Notes under the pieces: model-generated
The model's database searches: none
Told to the model about the DNA's origin: nothing
What the model saw: the letters and a program-made list of their open reading frames with translations, nothing else
In this document: one piece after another, positions 46,697 through 56,383 of the stretch
Position numbering within the stretch: position 1 is the stretch's first letter
How the letters are laid out: each line of letters starts with the position of its first letter
Position numbers and translations under genes: made by a program
Assembly (NCBI GenBank): GCA_050952265.1
Contig: JBMNKP010000001.1
Span: 431,596-495,595 of the forward strand
DNA: 64,000 nt
Direction of reading: 5' to 3'
From: Limnochordia bacterium
GTDB lineage: Bacteria; Bacillota; Limnochordia; Darwinibacteriales; Darwinibacteriaceae

Positions 46697-47453
46697 GCAC
46701 AAAACAGAACTGCAGAAGGTGCTTGCCGGGCTTTTGGGCCTGGGAGGCATCTTTCTGCTCTGGAGTATCCTATCTGCGAGCTACCACCCGCTGATCTTCC
46801 CTTCGCCCAGGGAGACATGGCAGGCCCTCGGCGATCTGTGGGAAGAAGGCAGCCTGGTCCCAAGCATCGCCATCACTCTGCACCGGACGCTCTATGGGTA
46901 CGGCCTTGCTCTGCTCATCGGTTTCAGCCTCGCCGCCTTTTCCCGCATCGGGGCTTTCTGGCAGGCCCTCTTCAAGCCCGTGCTGGCCGTGGTGCAGATC
47001 ATCCCGCCGGTTGTCTGGACCATTTTGGCCGTGATCTGGTTTGGCATTTCAGGCGGCGGTGCGCCAGTGTTCCTGATCTTCATCGTCACCCTGCCCCTTG
47101 CTTTTTCCCAAGCTGCGGCCGGCCTGGAGGGCATTGACCGGAGGCTCGTGGAGATGTCGCAGGTGTACCGCTGCCGTAAAAGCCGGGTTCTGCGGGACAT
47201 CTATCTCCCGGCCCTCGTCCCCCACCTGGCTGCAACCCTTGGTGTAGGCTTTTCCTTCGCCTGGAAAGCGGCGATCTTTGCCGAGTTCATGGGCAGCACG
47301 AGCGGGGTGGGCTTTTTGCTCAGCACAGCCAACAGCAACCTGGATACGGAGAGGGTCTTTGCCTGGGTTGTGGTCCTGGCCGTGCTGATGCTGATCTGTG
47401 AATACGGGCTCCTCATCCCCTTGAGGCGCCGGGCTGCGAGGTGGTGCAGTTGA
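46662..47453 (+). CDS. ABC transporter permease (NitT/TauT family)
   Basis: Six-TM permease with an EAA-like loop. Start codon choice uncertain (overlaps the SBP gene end). Confidence 0.75.
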   Translation: MGRCPMMAFITRHKTELQKVLAGLLGLGGIFLLWSILSASYHPLIFPSPRETWQALGDLWEEGSLVPSIAITLHRTLYGYGLALLIGFSLAAFSRIGAFWQALFKPVLAVVQIIPPVVWTILAVIWFGISGGGAPVFLIFIVTLPLAFSQAAAGLEGIDRRLVEMSQVYRCRKSRVLRDIYLPALVPHLAATLGVGFSFAWKAAIFAEFMGSTSGVGFLLSTANSNLDTERVFAWVVVLAVLMLICEYGLLIPLRRRAARWCS

Positions 47454-48187
47454 TCAACCCCATGCTTGAGTTCGTGCAGGTTTTCAGGGAGTTTGAGACA
47501 GAACGGGGCAGGCTCGCTGCGGTGGAAGGCATCTCCCTGTCAGCCGCTGCCGGCGAGATCGTTGCCCTGGTCGGGCCGTCGGGCTGCGGCAAGACCACTC
47601 TGCTCAATCTGGCTGCAGGCATCCTGCGCCCAACCAGGGGCCGGGTGGTGCTGACACCTAATGCCAGGCTTGCCTACGCCTTTCAGGAGCCGCGGCTTCT
47701 GCCCTGGAAGACAGTGGAGGAGAACATCAGCTTTGTGCAGGAAGGCCTGCTGCCTGCCGGTGAAGCCGCCGCCGCCCGCCGCCGCATCTTGGAAGAAACG
47801 GGCTTGGCAGAGTTTCGCAGGGCCTATCCCCGCGAGCTCAGCGGAGGGATGAAGCAGCGCCTTGAGCTTGCCAGGGCACTGGCCGTACGGCCGCGCCTGC
47901 TGCTTTTAGACGAGCCCTTCAGGTCCCTCGACGGAGCGACAAGACAGGAGCTCCACGCTCTCCTGCAGTCCGAACACGGGCGCGAGGGCTTTTCGGCCCT
48001 GCTCGTGACCCACGATCCGGAAGAAGCTGTACTCCTGGCCGATCGGGTGGTCGTGCTTTCACCGAGACCCGCAAGGATCCTCAAGGAAGTGGTTCTCGCT
48101 ACCCCCAGGAAGCGGCGCCTGCTCAACCGCGCCCTGGTGAGCAGCTCCCTGGAGCGCATCGAGGGCCTTCTGTCCTCTGCTGGATAA
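47441..48187 (+). CDS. ABC transporter ATP-binding protein (NitT/TauT family)
   Basis: GPSGCGKTT, LSGGMKQR and LLLLDEPF motifs. Confidence 0.85.
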   Translation: MVQLINPMLEFVQVFREFETERGRLAAVEGISLSAAAGEIVALVGPSGCGKTTLLNLAAGILRPTRGRVVLTPNARLAYAFQEPRLLPWKTVEENISFVQEGLLPAGEAAAARRRILEETGLAEFRRAYPRELSGGMKQRLELARALAVRPRLLLLDEPFRSLDGATRQELHALLQSEHGREGFSALLVTHDPEEAVLLADRVVVLSPRPARILKEVVLATPRKRRLLNRALVSSSLERIEGLLSSAG

Positions 48188-48236
48188 TTCCCTCCCTTTG
48201 CTGGGAAACTAGGAGGGAAAGAACCTCGCAGAAAGG

Positions 48237-48992
48237 GTGACAGTATTGCCGGACAACTTACAGCCGCCCACACCTACCATGCAGGATATGGAGATAGTCG
48301 CGCAGGACATGAAGGCCTTTGACGGCCGGTTCAAGCTGGATAAGTACGGCTTCGATCCTCAGATGCCGGGGCACGCCACCGAACACGAGATGATCGTGCG
48401 CCAAGAGCCGCGGACAGCGAAGAAAGTCGGCTGCGGCATCAGCCTGCCCCTGGAGGTCCGCCAGGAGATCGCCCTCATGCTCGATGAGCACCAGTGCGCC
48501 CTCTCGGTAGCCCTGCATCAGTACAACAAACACCACTGGCTGAGCGAAGGAGCCGAGGGGTTCATCAGCCTGCACCACCTCCTGGAGGAACACATTGAGA
48601 AGACGATGAAACACATCGATGACATCGGGGAGAGGGTGGCCAGGCTGGGCGCAGTTCCCACTGCGCATCCAGTGACCCAGCATGAGCTGTCGTATATCAA
48701 GTGCGAACCTGAGGGCAGGTACTCCATCCGCGATTTCCTGCGCAACGACCTGGAACACGAACTGAAGATCCAGCAGATGCTGCGCAAGACCATCGAGCGT
48801 GCTCACCAGCTGAAGGATTACGGAACAGTCGAGGTGCTGGAGGATATTTTGGTGGAGCGGGAGGACCTGGGTTACCACCTCTACAGCGTCCTCGAAGACG
48901 ACACCCTGGTGCGCGGCATGGAACATCTGGTATTCCAGTCTGGCAACATCGCCGGCGACCGCCCCATGGACCCCAACACTCCCCTGCAGTAA
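48237..48992 (+). CDS. Dps-family ferritin-like protein with an unusually long N-terminal region
   Basis: The core (...HQYNKHHWLSEGAEGFISLHHLLEEH...IDDIGERVARLGAVP...) matches the Dps ferroxidase-site pattern. The first 60-80 aa have no match and the true start is ambiguous (no good RBS for any candidate). Confidence 0.6.
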   Translation: MTVLPDNLQPPTPTMQDMEIVAQDMKAFDGRFKLDKYGFDPQMPGHATEHEMIVRQEPRTAKKVGCGISLPLEVRQEIALMLDEHQCALSVALHQYNKHHWLSEGAEGFISLHHLLEEHIEKTMKHIDDIGERVARLGAVPTAHPVTQHELSYIKCEPEGRYSIRDFLRNDLEHELKIQQMLRKTIERAHQLKDYGTVEVLEDILVEREDLGYHLYSVLEDDTLVRGMEHLVFQSGNIAGDRPMDPNTPLQ

Positions 48993-49005
48993 GCCCAAAC
49001 GGCCA

Positions 49006-49040
49006 GCCTCGCTGCCCGGGCCGGGCAGCGGGGCTTTTTG
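49006..49040 (+). terminator. Rho-independent terminator
   Basis: CTGCCCGGGCCGGGCAG-containing GC hairpin followed by TTTTT. Confidence 0.6.
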
Positions 49041-49139
49041 TCGCGCGACAATTCATGAAACCTTTGGAACAAGGAAGGAGAAATGCCGCTGATATAGAAG
49101 AAAATGAATGAAACTTGTGAAGCAATGAGGAGAATACAC

Positions 49140-50165
49140 ATGGCCACGATGCGAGACATAGCCCAGCGGGCTGGCACTTCCCTGGCAACCGTGAGCCGCG
49201 TTCTGAACGGGCACCAAACTGCAAACGCGGTGGTAGCTGCCAAGGTGCTGGAGGCCGCTGCCGAACTAGGTTACGAGAAAAGAACAGGAAAAAAGTTGAA
49301 ACAGACCCTGGCCGTATTGGTCACCTGGCCGAGTACCTCGCCAACCCAGACCCTGCAGGACAGTCAATATGCCATGATGTTCCTGCACCCCATCTATGTG
49401 GCAGCCGAGAGATTGGGCTACCATCTGGTGTTCCACTTCGGCACGCCAGAAGGGAAGCTCTCTTCTTTTCTGCGCTGGGAGATAGCGACCAAGCAGTTCG
49501 AGGGAGCCTTGATCGTCGGCAGCTACGACACCATGGAGTTTACCTATGTCAAGCACTTGAGAACGGCCGGCATCCCCTTCTTTCACCTGACGATGCCGCC
49601 CCTGGACGCGGGCGGGGCCTTGAGCTATGTAGCGGTAGATGACTACGCCGGAGGCTACCGGGCTGGGGAACACCTCGCCAAATTGGGCTGCAGGTCTCTT
49701 CTGCACATCGCCGGTCCCAAGAACTCCCGCGACGCCATGGAAAGACAGAAAGGGTTCCTGCAGGCCTGCCGCGATCACGGGCTGGAGAACCGCCAGATCG
49801 CCGTGTTCCAGGGGGACTTCCACGAGCCAGCCGGTGAACGCTGCGCTGAGTACCTGCTCAGGCAGGACAAGCTTCCCGATGGCATCTTTGCCGCCAACGA
49901 CATGATGGCCATCGGCTGCATGCGGGTACTGCAGAACGCTGGGGTGAAGATACCCGGAGATACCCGTCTGGTTGGTTTTGACGATGTGGTCCTGGCTTCC
50001 TATGTCGAGCCCAGCTTAACGACGATCAGGGTGCCCTACGAAGATCTGGCGCGCATCGCCACCGAAGAGCTTGTGAAGCAGATCGACCATCCCGTGCGCA
50101 AGACAGTGAAAGTGAGGCTCGAGGCGGAGCTGGTGGTGCGGCGCTCCTGCGGTGCCAAAGCCTGA
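49140..50165 (+). CDS. LacI family transcriptional regulator
   Basis: N-terminal HTH MATMRDIAQRAGTSLATVSRVLN plus a periplasmic-binding-like effector domain. Confidence 0.8.
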   Translation: MATMRDIAQRAGTSLATVSRVLNGHQTANAVVAAKVLEAAAELGYEKRTGKKLKQTLAVLVTWPSTSPTQTLQDSQYAMMFLHPIYVAAERLGYHLVFHFGTPEGKLSSFLRWEIATKQFEGALIVGSYDTMEFTYVKHLRTAGIPFFHLTMPPLDAGGALSYVAVDDYAGGYRAGEHLAKLGCRSLLHIAGPKNSRDAMERQKGFLQACRDHGLENRQIAVFQGDFHEPAGERCAEYLLRQDKLPDGIFAANDMMAIGCMRVLQNAGVKIPGDTRLVGFDDVVLASYVEPSLTTIRVPYEDLARIATEELVKQIDHPVRKTVKVRLEAELVVRRSCGAKA

Positions 50166-50265
50166 AGATAGGCCCAAAAGAAGTCCTCTCTGGTTGAGGG
50201 ATAGAGTAGTTTGTGGTACGATAACAGTAGACACTGGGACAAGTTTCCACGAAGGAGGGCTAGCC

Positions 50266-50661
50266 GTGCCGTGGCATGAGTCGTTATCCGTGGGCATCGC
50301 ACAGATCGACGAGCAGCATAAAGAGTGGTTTAGGCGGGCAGAGAACCTGTTCGAGGCAGGCAAGCAGGGAAAAGCCAAGGAGTATATCGGCGAGATGCTG
50401 GAGTTCTTGGACAGATATACCAAGAAGCACTTTGCCGATGAAGAGCGGTATATGCAGCAGATCGGCTATCCTGGGCTGGACGAGCAGAAAAAGGCGCACG
50501 CGGCCTTTATCTCCCAGCTGGCTAAGCTGCGGGACGACTATGAGTCGTCAAGCGGCAGCATTTCCGTCATTATCGCTGCGAATAAGATCGTTATCGATTG
50601 GCTTACCAAGCACATCTCCAACTTAGATCGGAAGATCGGGGAGTTTGTGCGCAGCAAGTAG
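50266..50661 (+). CDS. hemerythrin-like (bacteriohemerythrin) protein
   Basis: GTG start after GGAGGG. W-x-[SE]-L-S-V-G...ID-E-Q-H and H..EE.YM...Y motifs. Confidence 0.7.
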   Translation: MPWHESLSVGIAQIDEQHKEWFRRAENLFEAGKQGKAKEYIGEMLEFLDRYTKKHFADEERYMQQIGYPGLDEQKKAHAAFISQLAKLRDDYESSSGSISVIIAANKIVIDWLTKHISNLDRKIGEFVRSK

Positions 50662-50674
50662 AATATTTCGGGAA

Positions 50675-50707
50675 AAGAGGGGCGCAGCTCGCGTTCCTCT
50701 TTTTTGC
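50675..50707 (+). terminator. Rho-independent terminator
   Basis: AGAGG...CCTCT hairpin followed by TTTTTTG. Confidence 0.5.
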
Positions 50708-50791
50708 ATCTTCGTGGCAGGAAGAAACCGGCAGGACTCCCGCGGGGAATATGTAATATTTACACGATCCACATGCCAGGGGTGAGGAACT

Positions 50792-51928
50792 ATGACAAGG
50801 GCCGCGCTCAGAGCAGGGTGCTTTTTTGTGCTTTTGCTGATCCTCCCGGCGCTGCTCCTTGCCGGCTGCACTCAGCAGAAGGGCAACGGGCAGAGCCTCA
50901 TTTACATCCCCATCTTGGCAGACGCTTCCTGGCTCTTCGCCGACGGTGCGTTCATCAGCGGCGTGAACATGGCCGTGGAGGAGCTCAACCGGGAGTATGC
51001 GGACCGGGGCATCGAGGTCAAAGCGGAAGTCTTGGATGATGCGGGGGGTTATGAACAAGGTGTGAAGATCGCGGCGCAGGTTGCCGCCGACCCGGCAGTT
51101 ACTGCCGTGCTTAACCTGCAGAATTTCGATGTCAGCAAGACAACCGCGGACATGCTGGCTGCCGCCGGCAAGGTGGTCCTCTTCCCCTATGGAGCCTATG
51201 ACAGCTTGTTTGCCAGGGGCAACCCGTACCTTTTCTGCGGTGTCCCGTCCTTTGCCAACCTGGGCGAAGCCATGGCCAAGTATGCCATGGACGCCGGTTA
51301 CAAGCGCATCGCTGTCTACTACAACGGGCTGCAGTCCCAGGAAGAGCTGGTAACAGCCTTCGAGCTGGCCCTTATGGACAGCGACGCCAAGGTCGTGGAC
51401 TATGTCTCTTCGATCATCTCACCGAGCCAGTTCATCAGCATCAACAACCGCTGGCAGGCCCTCGGGGTGGAAGCGGTGGTTATGGCCCAGTACGGGCTCG
51501 ACCCTGCCTTCAGGGTTCTGGAGATCATCAGAGAAGCGAACAGCGCGGTGGCGGTGATCGGCGAGCCCATCTTCAACCGGGCCAATGCCCTGGCCGTCTA
51601 CAAGGACATCGCTGAAGGTATGGTGGTCCCTTCCACCCTGGTGCTGGAAGAGAGCGAAAGGCTGGCCGCTTTCCGGGAGCGCTACCGGGAGAAATACGGG
51701 TACGAGCCGGACACCTGGGCTGTCCAGGGTTATGATGTGGTGCGGCTGGTGGTGGACACGGCAGCGAGGCTGGGGAAAGTTGATCCGGCGAGTATTGCGG
51801 AAGGCCTGCACGATGCCGCCGGCTACCAGGGAGTGGGGCGGTTGATCAAGTTCCAGCCGGGAGGAGCCTTGGAAGTGGATATCACGAAGCTTCCCATGCT
51901 GACCTGCCGCGATGGAGTGTTCCGCTAG
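50792..51928 (+). CDS. orphan periplasmic-binding lipoprotein, branched-chain amino acid (LivJ-like, type 1 PBP) family
   Basis: LLAGC lipobox. Peripla_BP_6-like fold. No cognate permease or ATPase adjacent. Confidence 0.65.
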   Translation: MTRAALRAGCFFVLLLILPALLLAGCTQQKGNGQSLIYIPILADASWLFADGAFISGVNMAVEELNREYADRGIEVKAEVLDDAGGYEQGVKIAAQVAADPAVTAVLNLQNFDVSKTTADMLAAAGKVVLFPYGAYDSLFARGNPYLFCGVPSFANLGEAMAKYAMDAGYKRIAVYYNGLQSQEELVTAFELALMDSDAKVVDYVSSIISPSQFISINNRWQALGVEAVVMAQYGLDPAFRVLEIIREANSAVAVIGEPIFNRANALAVYKDIAEGMVVPSTLVLEESERLAAFRERYREKYGYEPDTWAVQGYDVVRLVVDTAARLGKVDPASIAEGLHDAAGYQGVGRLIKFQPGGALEVDITKLPMLTCRDGVFR

Positions 51929-51939
51929 GGGGATGGGCG

Positions 51940-52350
51940 ATGAAACGGTATCTATGGGCGGCTGTGATCCTGGTGCTCGTGTTAGCACTGGCCGGCTGGG
52001 ACAGCGGGCGCACAGTGAAATATAGGCTGTACATCGGCCTCAATGACCAAGATACGTATCAGCAGGTGAAATCAACTGAGGAAGCCCAAGAGCTGGTGGC
52101 CGAAATCGCCCTCAAGTATGTGGAGGGTTTCACCCTCATCACCGCCCAGGGCGTATATACCGATCATCTCGGAGTCGTAACCCGTGAGAACACCCTGATC
52201 TGCGAGATTATCGGGGCTTCAGAAGAACAGATCAATCACATCATGGACGAAGTCTTGAGCGCACTTAACCAGAGCGCTATCCTGGTGGAGAGGGAGGAAG
52301 TGGAATCCCGCTTCTACGCCGGCTCAGCCTTGAGGGGCGCGGCGCAGTAG
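51940..52350 (+). CDS. membrane-anchored hypothetical protein (136 aa)
   Basis: N-terminal TM/signal anchor. Coupled to the upstream SBP gene (11-nt gap; GGGGGA RBS). Confidence 0.45.
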   Translation: MKRYLWAAVILVLVLALAGWDSGRTVKYRLYIGLNDQDTYQQVKSTEEAQELVAEIALKYVEGFTLITAQGVYTDHLGVVTRENTLICEIIGASEEQINHIMDEVLSALNQSAILVEREEVESRFYAGSALRGAAQ

Positions 52351-52352
52351 GT

Positions 52353-53117
52353 TCATTCTGGGAAGATGACTTCCACTCCCGCTGATTCCAGCCGCTTGAG
52401 CCATTCATCAGAGGGGCGCCGATCAGTAACCAAGCAGTCCAGCTCTGCGGCTCCGCAGACCAGGCGGTAAGAAATCTGGTCGAACTTGGTGTGGTCGCAG
52501 AGGAAGACTGCTTTGCGCGTCCTGCGAATCATCTCCTGTTTGAGGCAGACGTCTTCTTCATTGACGTCAGTGATCCCGTTCTCCCATGAAAAGGCCCGGG
52601 CAGAGAAGAAGGCCAGGTCAGTGTAGTATTCTGCAATGCGCATGCGGGTTGTCTCCCCTGTGAAGCCACGGCTGGTGGCGCTCAGCCAGCCTCCCGTGCA
52701 GAATATCCGCGCCGGCAGAAGGAGATCAAGACAGTCCAAGGCGATCTGGGCGCTGGTGGTGATGATTTTGAGGTTTTCCTTGTTGTGCAGAAAGCGGGGC
52801 AGGGTGGCCGCCGTGGTGGTTGCATCCAAGGAGATGACCTGGTTATCGGCGACCAGATCCGCTGCCAGCTCGGCGATGATCTCCTTGGCTGCCAGGTTTT
52901 CTTCCTTGCGGGTGAAGAAGGGGATTTCGTTGCTCGGATGCTCCATGAGCTTGGCCCCGCCGTAGAAGCGGCGGACGAGGCCTTCTTTCTCAAGATGGCC
53001 AAGATCGCGCCGGATGGTGGACGGGCTTACGAAGAGTTTTTCTGCTAACTGGTTAACGTAGACCACCTTTTTACTTTTCAGCTGTTCCCTGATGAAATCG
53101 ATTCTCTCCAGGCCCAT
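52353..53117 (-). CDS. DeoR/GlpR family transcriptional regulator
   Basis: N-terminal HTH VNQLAEKLFVSPSTIRRDLGHLEKEGLVRR plus a sugar-phosphate-binding C-terminal domain. Start trimmed to ATG 53117, 6 nt after AAGGGGAG. Confidence 0.75.
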   Translation of the reverse strand: MGLERIDFIREQLKSKKVVYVNQLAEKLFVSPSTIRRDLGHLEKEGLVRRFYGGAKLMEHPSNEIPFFTRKEENLAAKEIIAELAADLVADNQVISLDATTTAATLPRFLHNKENLKIITTSAQIALDCLDLLLPARIFCTGGWLSATSRGFTGETTRMRIAEYYTDLAFFSARAFSWENGITDVNEEDVCLKQEMIRRTRKAVFLCDHTKFDQISYRLVCGAAELDCLVTDRRPSDEWLKRLESAGVEVIFPE

Positions 53118-53382
53118 AATGCTCTCCCCTTCTGCGTGTTTCTGCTCGATTTTGCGCATTTGACGTTCCCATCGTGCGTTGTTTTCAATTTTATCACCTT
53201 GCCCTTTTGGGTACAAGTTTTTTACGATATAATTACCCTGTACTCGCTGTGGAATGAGGGAGAAAGTGCGCGCTCCTGACACCCGAGGCGGTCTTGTCTT
53301 CGAGGGGTTGGTGTAGGACGCGTTTTTGTCTGTAATGAATGGCTGCGCGTGATCGTGCAGCCTGGGAAGGGGAGAACAGCAG

Positions 53383-54534
53383 ATGAGTGTGGATATCAAG
53401 ATCAAGAATGCTCTCAAAAAGTTCGGTGACAACGTCATCATCCCAGATCTCAGCCTTACTGTAAAGAAGGGCGAGTTTTTTACCCTCTTGGGGCCCTCTG
53501 GCTGCGGTAAGACTACGCTGCTCCGGATGATTGCCGGGTTCAACACAATCGACGGCGGCGACTTCTACTTCGACGAGCGCCGGATCAACGATCTGAACCC
53601 TGCCAAGCGCAACATCGGCATGGTCTTCCAGAGCTACGCCATTTTCCCTCATATGACGGTGCGCAAGAACGTGGAGTTCGGCTTGACGAACAAGAACCTC
53701 TCCAAAGCCGAAATCCGCAGCAGGGCCGAGAAGTTTATGGACCTCATGCAGATCAGCGAGTTAGCAGACCGTATGCCCACCAGCCTTTCGGGCGGTCAGC
53801 AGCAGCGCGTCGCCCTGGCGCGGGCGCTCTGCATCGAGCCTGATGTGCTGCTTATGGACGAGCCCCTGTCCAACCTGGATGCCAAACTGCGCATCGAAAT
53901 GCGCAGCGTGATCAAGGACATCCAGCAGACCGTGGGCATCACCACCATATACGTGACGCATGACCAGGAAGAAGCCATGGCCATTTCCGACCGCATCGCG
54001 GTGATGAACAAAGGAGTTATCCAGCACATCGGGACTCCTAAGGGCATCTACCAGCGGCCGGCCAACACCTTTGTCGCGGCCTTTATCGGTCGCAGCAACC
54101 TGCTCGAGGGTGAGCTGGTGATGAAAGGCGACATGCCCTACGTCCGCTTTGAGCAGTATGAAGCACCGGTGCCTGCGGTGGCGAGTGAATTCAGGAAGCC
54201 CCAAAAAGTGATCATCTCTGCACGGCCTGAGGAGCTGTCCATCAGCCGCGAGGACAATGGCGGCTTCAAAGCGACGATCATCAGCAGCATCTTCCTTGGC
54301 CTGAACACGCACTACTTCATGCGCCTGGAAAACGGCATGCAGATGGAATCGGTCCACGAATCGACGCTGGACAGCATTATCGAGCCGGGGACAAAGGTAT
54401 CGGTTACCTTCAATACCGACAAGATCAACCTTTTCACTGCCGATGGGTCGACGAACATCCTCACGGGCGTGCAGAACGATGCCCAGCCCTCAGCTGTGTC
54501 CCGAGCAGGCGGCAAGCGCCTGGCGGTAGGTTGA
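53383..54534 (+). CDS. ABC importer ATP-binding protein (PotA/FbpC type with a C-terminal TOBE-like domain)
   Basis: GPSGCGKTT, LSGGQQQR and LLMDEPLSNLD motifs plus a C-terminal regulatory domain. Confidence 0.85.
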   Translation: MSVDIKIKNALKKFGDNVIIPDLSLTVKKGEFFTLLGPSGCGKTTLLRMIAGFNTIDGGDFYFDERRINDLNPAKRNIGMVFQSYAIFPHMTVRKNVEFGLTNKNLSKAEIRSRAEKFMDLMQISELADRMPTSLSGGQQQRVALARALCIEPDVLLMDEPLSNLDAKLRIEMRSVIKDIQQTVGITTIYVTHDQEEAMAISDRIAVMNKGVIQHIGTPKGIYQRPANTFVAAFIGRSNLLEGELVMKGDMPYVRFEQYEAPVPAVASEFRKPQKVIISARPEELSISREDNGGFKATIISSIFLGLNTHYFMRLENGMQMESVHESTLDSIIEPGTKVSVTFNTDKINLFTADGSTNILTGVQNDAQPSAVSRAGGKRLAVG

Positions 54535-54553
54535 GGGAAGGGGGGCAGAGATC

Positions 54554-56206
54554 ATGCAGGCAAAACGCAGATTTGATCTCTGGACAGTAGTATCCCTGGT
54601 TACTCTGGGCTTCTTCGTGCTTTTCCTGCTCTATCCGCTGTGGGGTCTGCTGCGCCAGTCTGTGTTCAACGCCAAGGGTGAGTTCACCCTGGAGTACTTC
54701 AAGCGGTTCTTCCAGTACCGCTACTACACTGTCACCATATTCAACAGTATCAAGGTGTCTCTGGCCATCACGCTGGTGACCCTGCTCTTGGGCATCCCCA
54801 TTTCTTACTTCTACTCTTTTTACCAGCTCAAGGGCGCCAAGTTCCTGTTTGTGGTCAGTCTGCTCTGTGCCATGTCGGCGCCGTTCATCGGAGCCTATGC
54901 CTGGATCCTGCTGTTGGGGCGCCAGGGCGTGATCACCAAGTTCATGGCCAACACCTTCGGGCTCAACATCGGCTCGATCTACGGCTTCGACGGGATCTTG
55001 TTCGTGCAGTCATTGAAGCTGTTCCCGCTGGTCTTCATCTACATGAACGGTGCGTTCAAGGACATCGACAACTCCCTGCTGGAAGCATCGGCCAACATGG
55101 GTGTGGTCGGGGTGAAGCGGTTTTTCAAGGTGATCCTTCAGCTCTCCATGCCCACCATTTTGGCAGCGTCCTTGGTGGTGTTCATGAGGGCCTTTGCCGA
55201 CTTCGGCACGCCGCTCCTGATCGGTGAAGGGTACCGGACCTTCCCCGTGGAGATCTACAACCAGTACCTGGGAGAACACGGGCAGGACTACCGTTTTGCA
55301 GCGGCGATCAGCGTGATCGGGGTCATCATGACCACGGCCATTTTCCTGCTCCAGAAGTGGGCGACCAGCCGCTACAATTTCTCCATCAGCGCCATGCATC
55401 CCGTGGAGAAGAAGAAGCCTAAGGGCATCGGCGGCTTCCTGATGTACCTGTATTCCTACGCGCTGGTTGGCCTGGCTTTCCTGCCTCAGGCATACATCGT
55501 CTACCTGTCCTTCCGTAACTCGGACGGTGCGGTGTTCCTGCCGGGTTACTCGTTTACCAATTACCGCATGGCGGTAACGCGCCTGCTCGGCCGCTCGGTG
55601 AACAACACCGTGCTCCTGGGCCTGGCAGCCCTGGCCATCATCGTCCTTCTGGCCGTGATCATCGCCTACCTGGTAGTGCGCCGGGCAAGCATGCTGAACA
55701 ACGTGATCGACACTCTATCCATGGTGCCCTACATCATGCCCGGTTCGGTTATCGGTGTTGCTCTGGTCATCGCCTTCAGCAACAAGCCCTTTGCTCTGAC
55801 CGGAACGGCGCTGATCATGATCATCGCCTGGGTGATCCGCCGTATGCCGTACACCATCAGGTCGGCAACGGCTACTTTGCAGCTTGTGCCGCGGGATGTG
55901 GAAGAGGCGGCCACGAGCTTGGGTACTTCAAAGCCCAAGACCTTCTTCCGGATCACCGTGCCCATGATGCGCAACGGCATCATCTCCGGCGCCATCCTGA
56001 GCTGGATCTCAATCGTCACAGAGCTCTCCAGCGCTATCATCCTCTACAACAACCGGACGATTACCCTGACTATGTCCACCTATGTGGCCATCTCCCGGGG
56101 CAATGACGGACTGGCGGCAGCCTTTGCGGCCATCACCACGGTTGTAACGGCCGTGTCGATCATGATCTACCTCAAGGTCAGCAAGACGGAGGATGTCAAG
56201 ATTTAA
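54554..56206 (+). CDS. ABC importer permease with duplicated permease domains (FbpB/ThiP-like, 12 TM)
   Basis: 550 aa with two tandem six-TM modules. Confidence 0.8.
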   Translation: MQAKRRFDLWTVVSLVTLGFFVLFLLYPLWGLLRQSVFNAKGEFTLEYFKRFFQYRYYTVTIFNSIKVSLAITLVTLLLGIPISYFYSFYQLKGAKFLFVVSLLCAMSAPFIGAYAWILLLGRQGVITKFMANTFGLNIGSIYGFDGILFVQSLKLFPLVFIYMNGAFKDIDNSLLEASANMGVVGVKRFFKVILQLSMPTILAASLVVFMRAFADFGTPLLIGEGYRTFPVEIYNQYLGEHGQDYRFAAAISVIGVIMTTAIFLLQKWATSRYNFSISAMHPVEKKKPKGIGGFLMYLYSYALVGLAFLPQAYIVYLSFRNSDGAVFLPGYSFTNYRMAVTRLLGRSVNNTVLLGLAALAIIVLLAVIIAYLVVRRASMLNNVIDTLSMVPYIMPGSVIGVALVIAFSNKPFALTGTALIMIIAWVIRRMPYTIRSATATLQLVPRDVEEAATSLGTSKPKTFFRITVPMMRNGIISGAILSWISIVTELSSAIILYNNRTITLTMSTYVAISRGNDGLAAAFAAITTVVTAVSIMIYLKVSKTEDVKI

Positions 56207-56383
56207 GTGGTTTTTGCAGCTGCTCTCGCAGTGCCGTTTGCAGCTCCTCAAGCAGCTCTTTCTGCTGTCCGGGGAAGCAGGATCGAGGCGTGCTTTGGCG
56301 GGCGCGGCAGAAGTGGACGCTGCGGGAACCGAAGCTGTAAAAATACAGAACAAAAGCAACAGATAAAAGGAGGAGCTGAAAGA

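Noticed and set aside
52353-53546. 397-aa ORF-track call for the DeoR regulator
   Set aside because: The N-terminal 143 codons have no homology and overlap the divergent promoter region. ATG 53117 with an AAGGGGAG RBS gives a canonical 254-aa DeoR protein.
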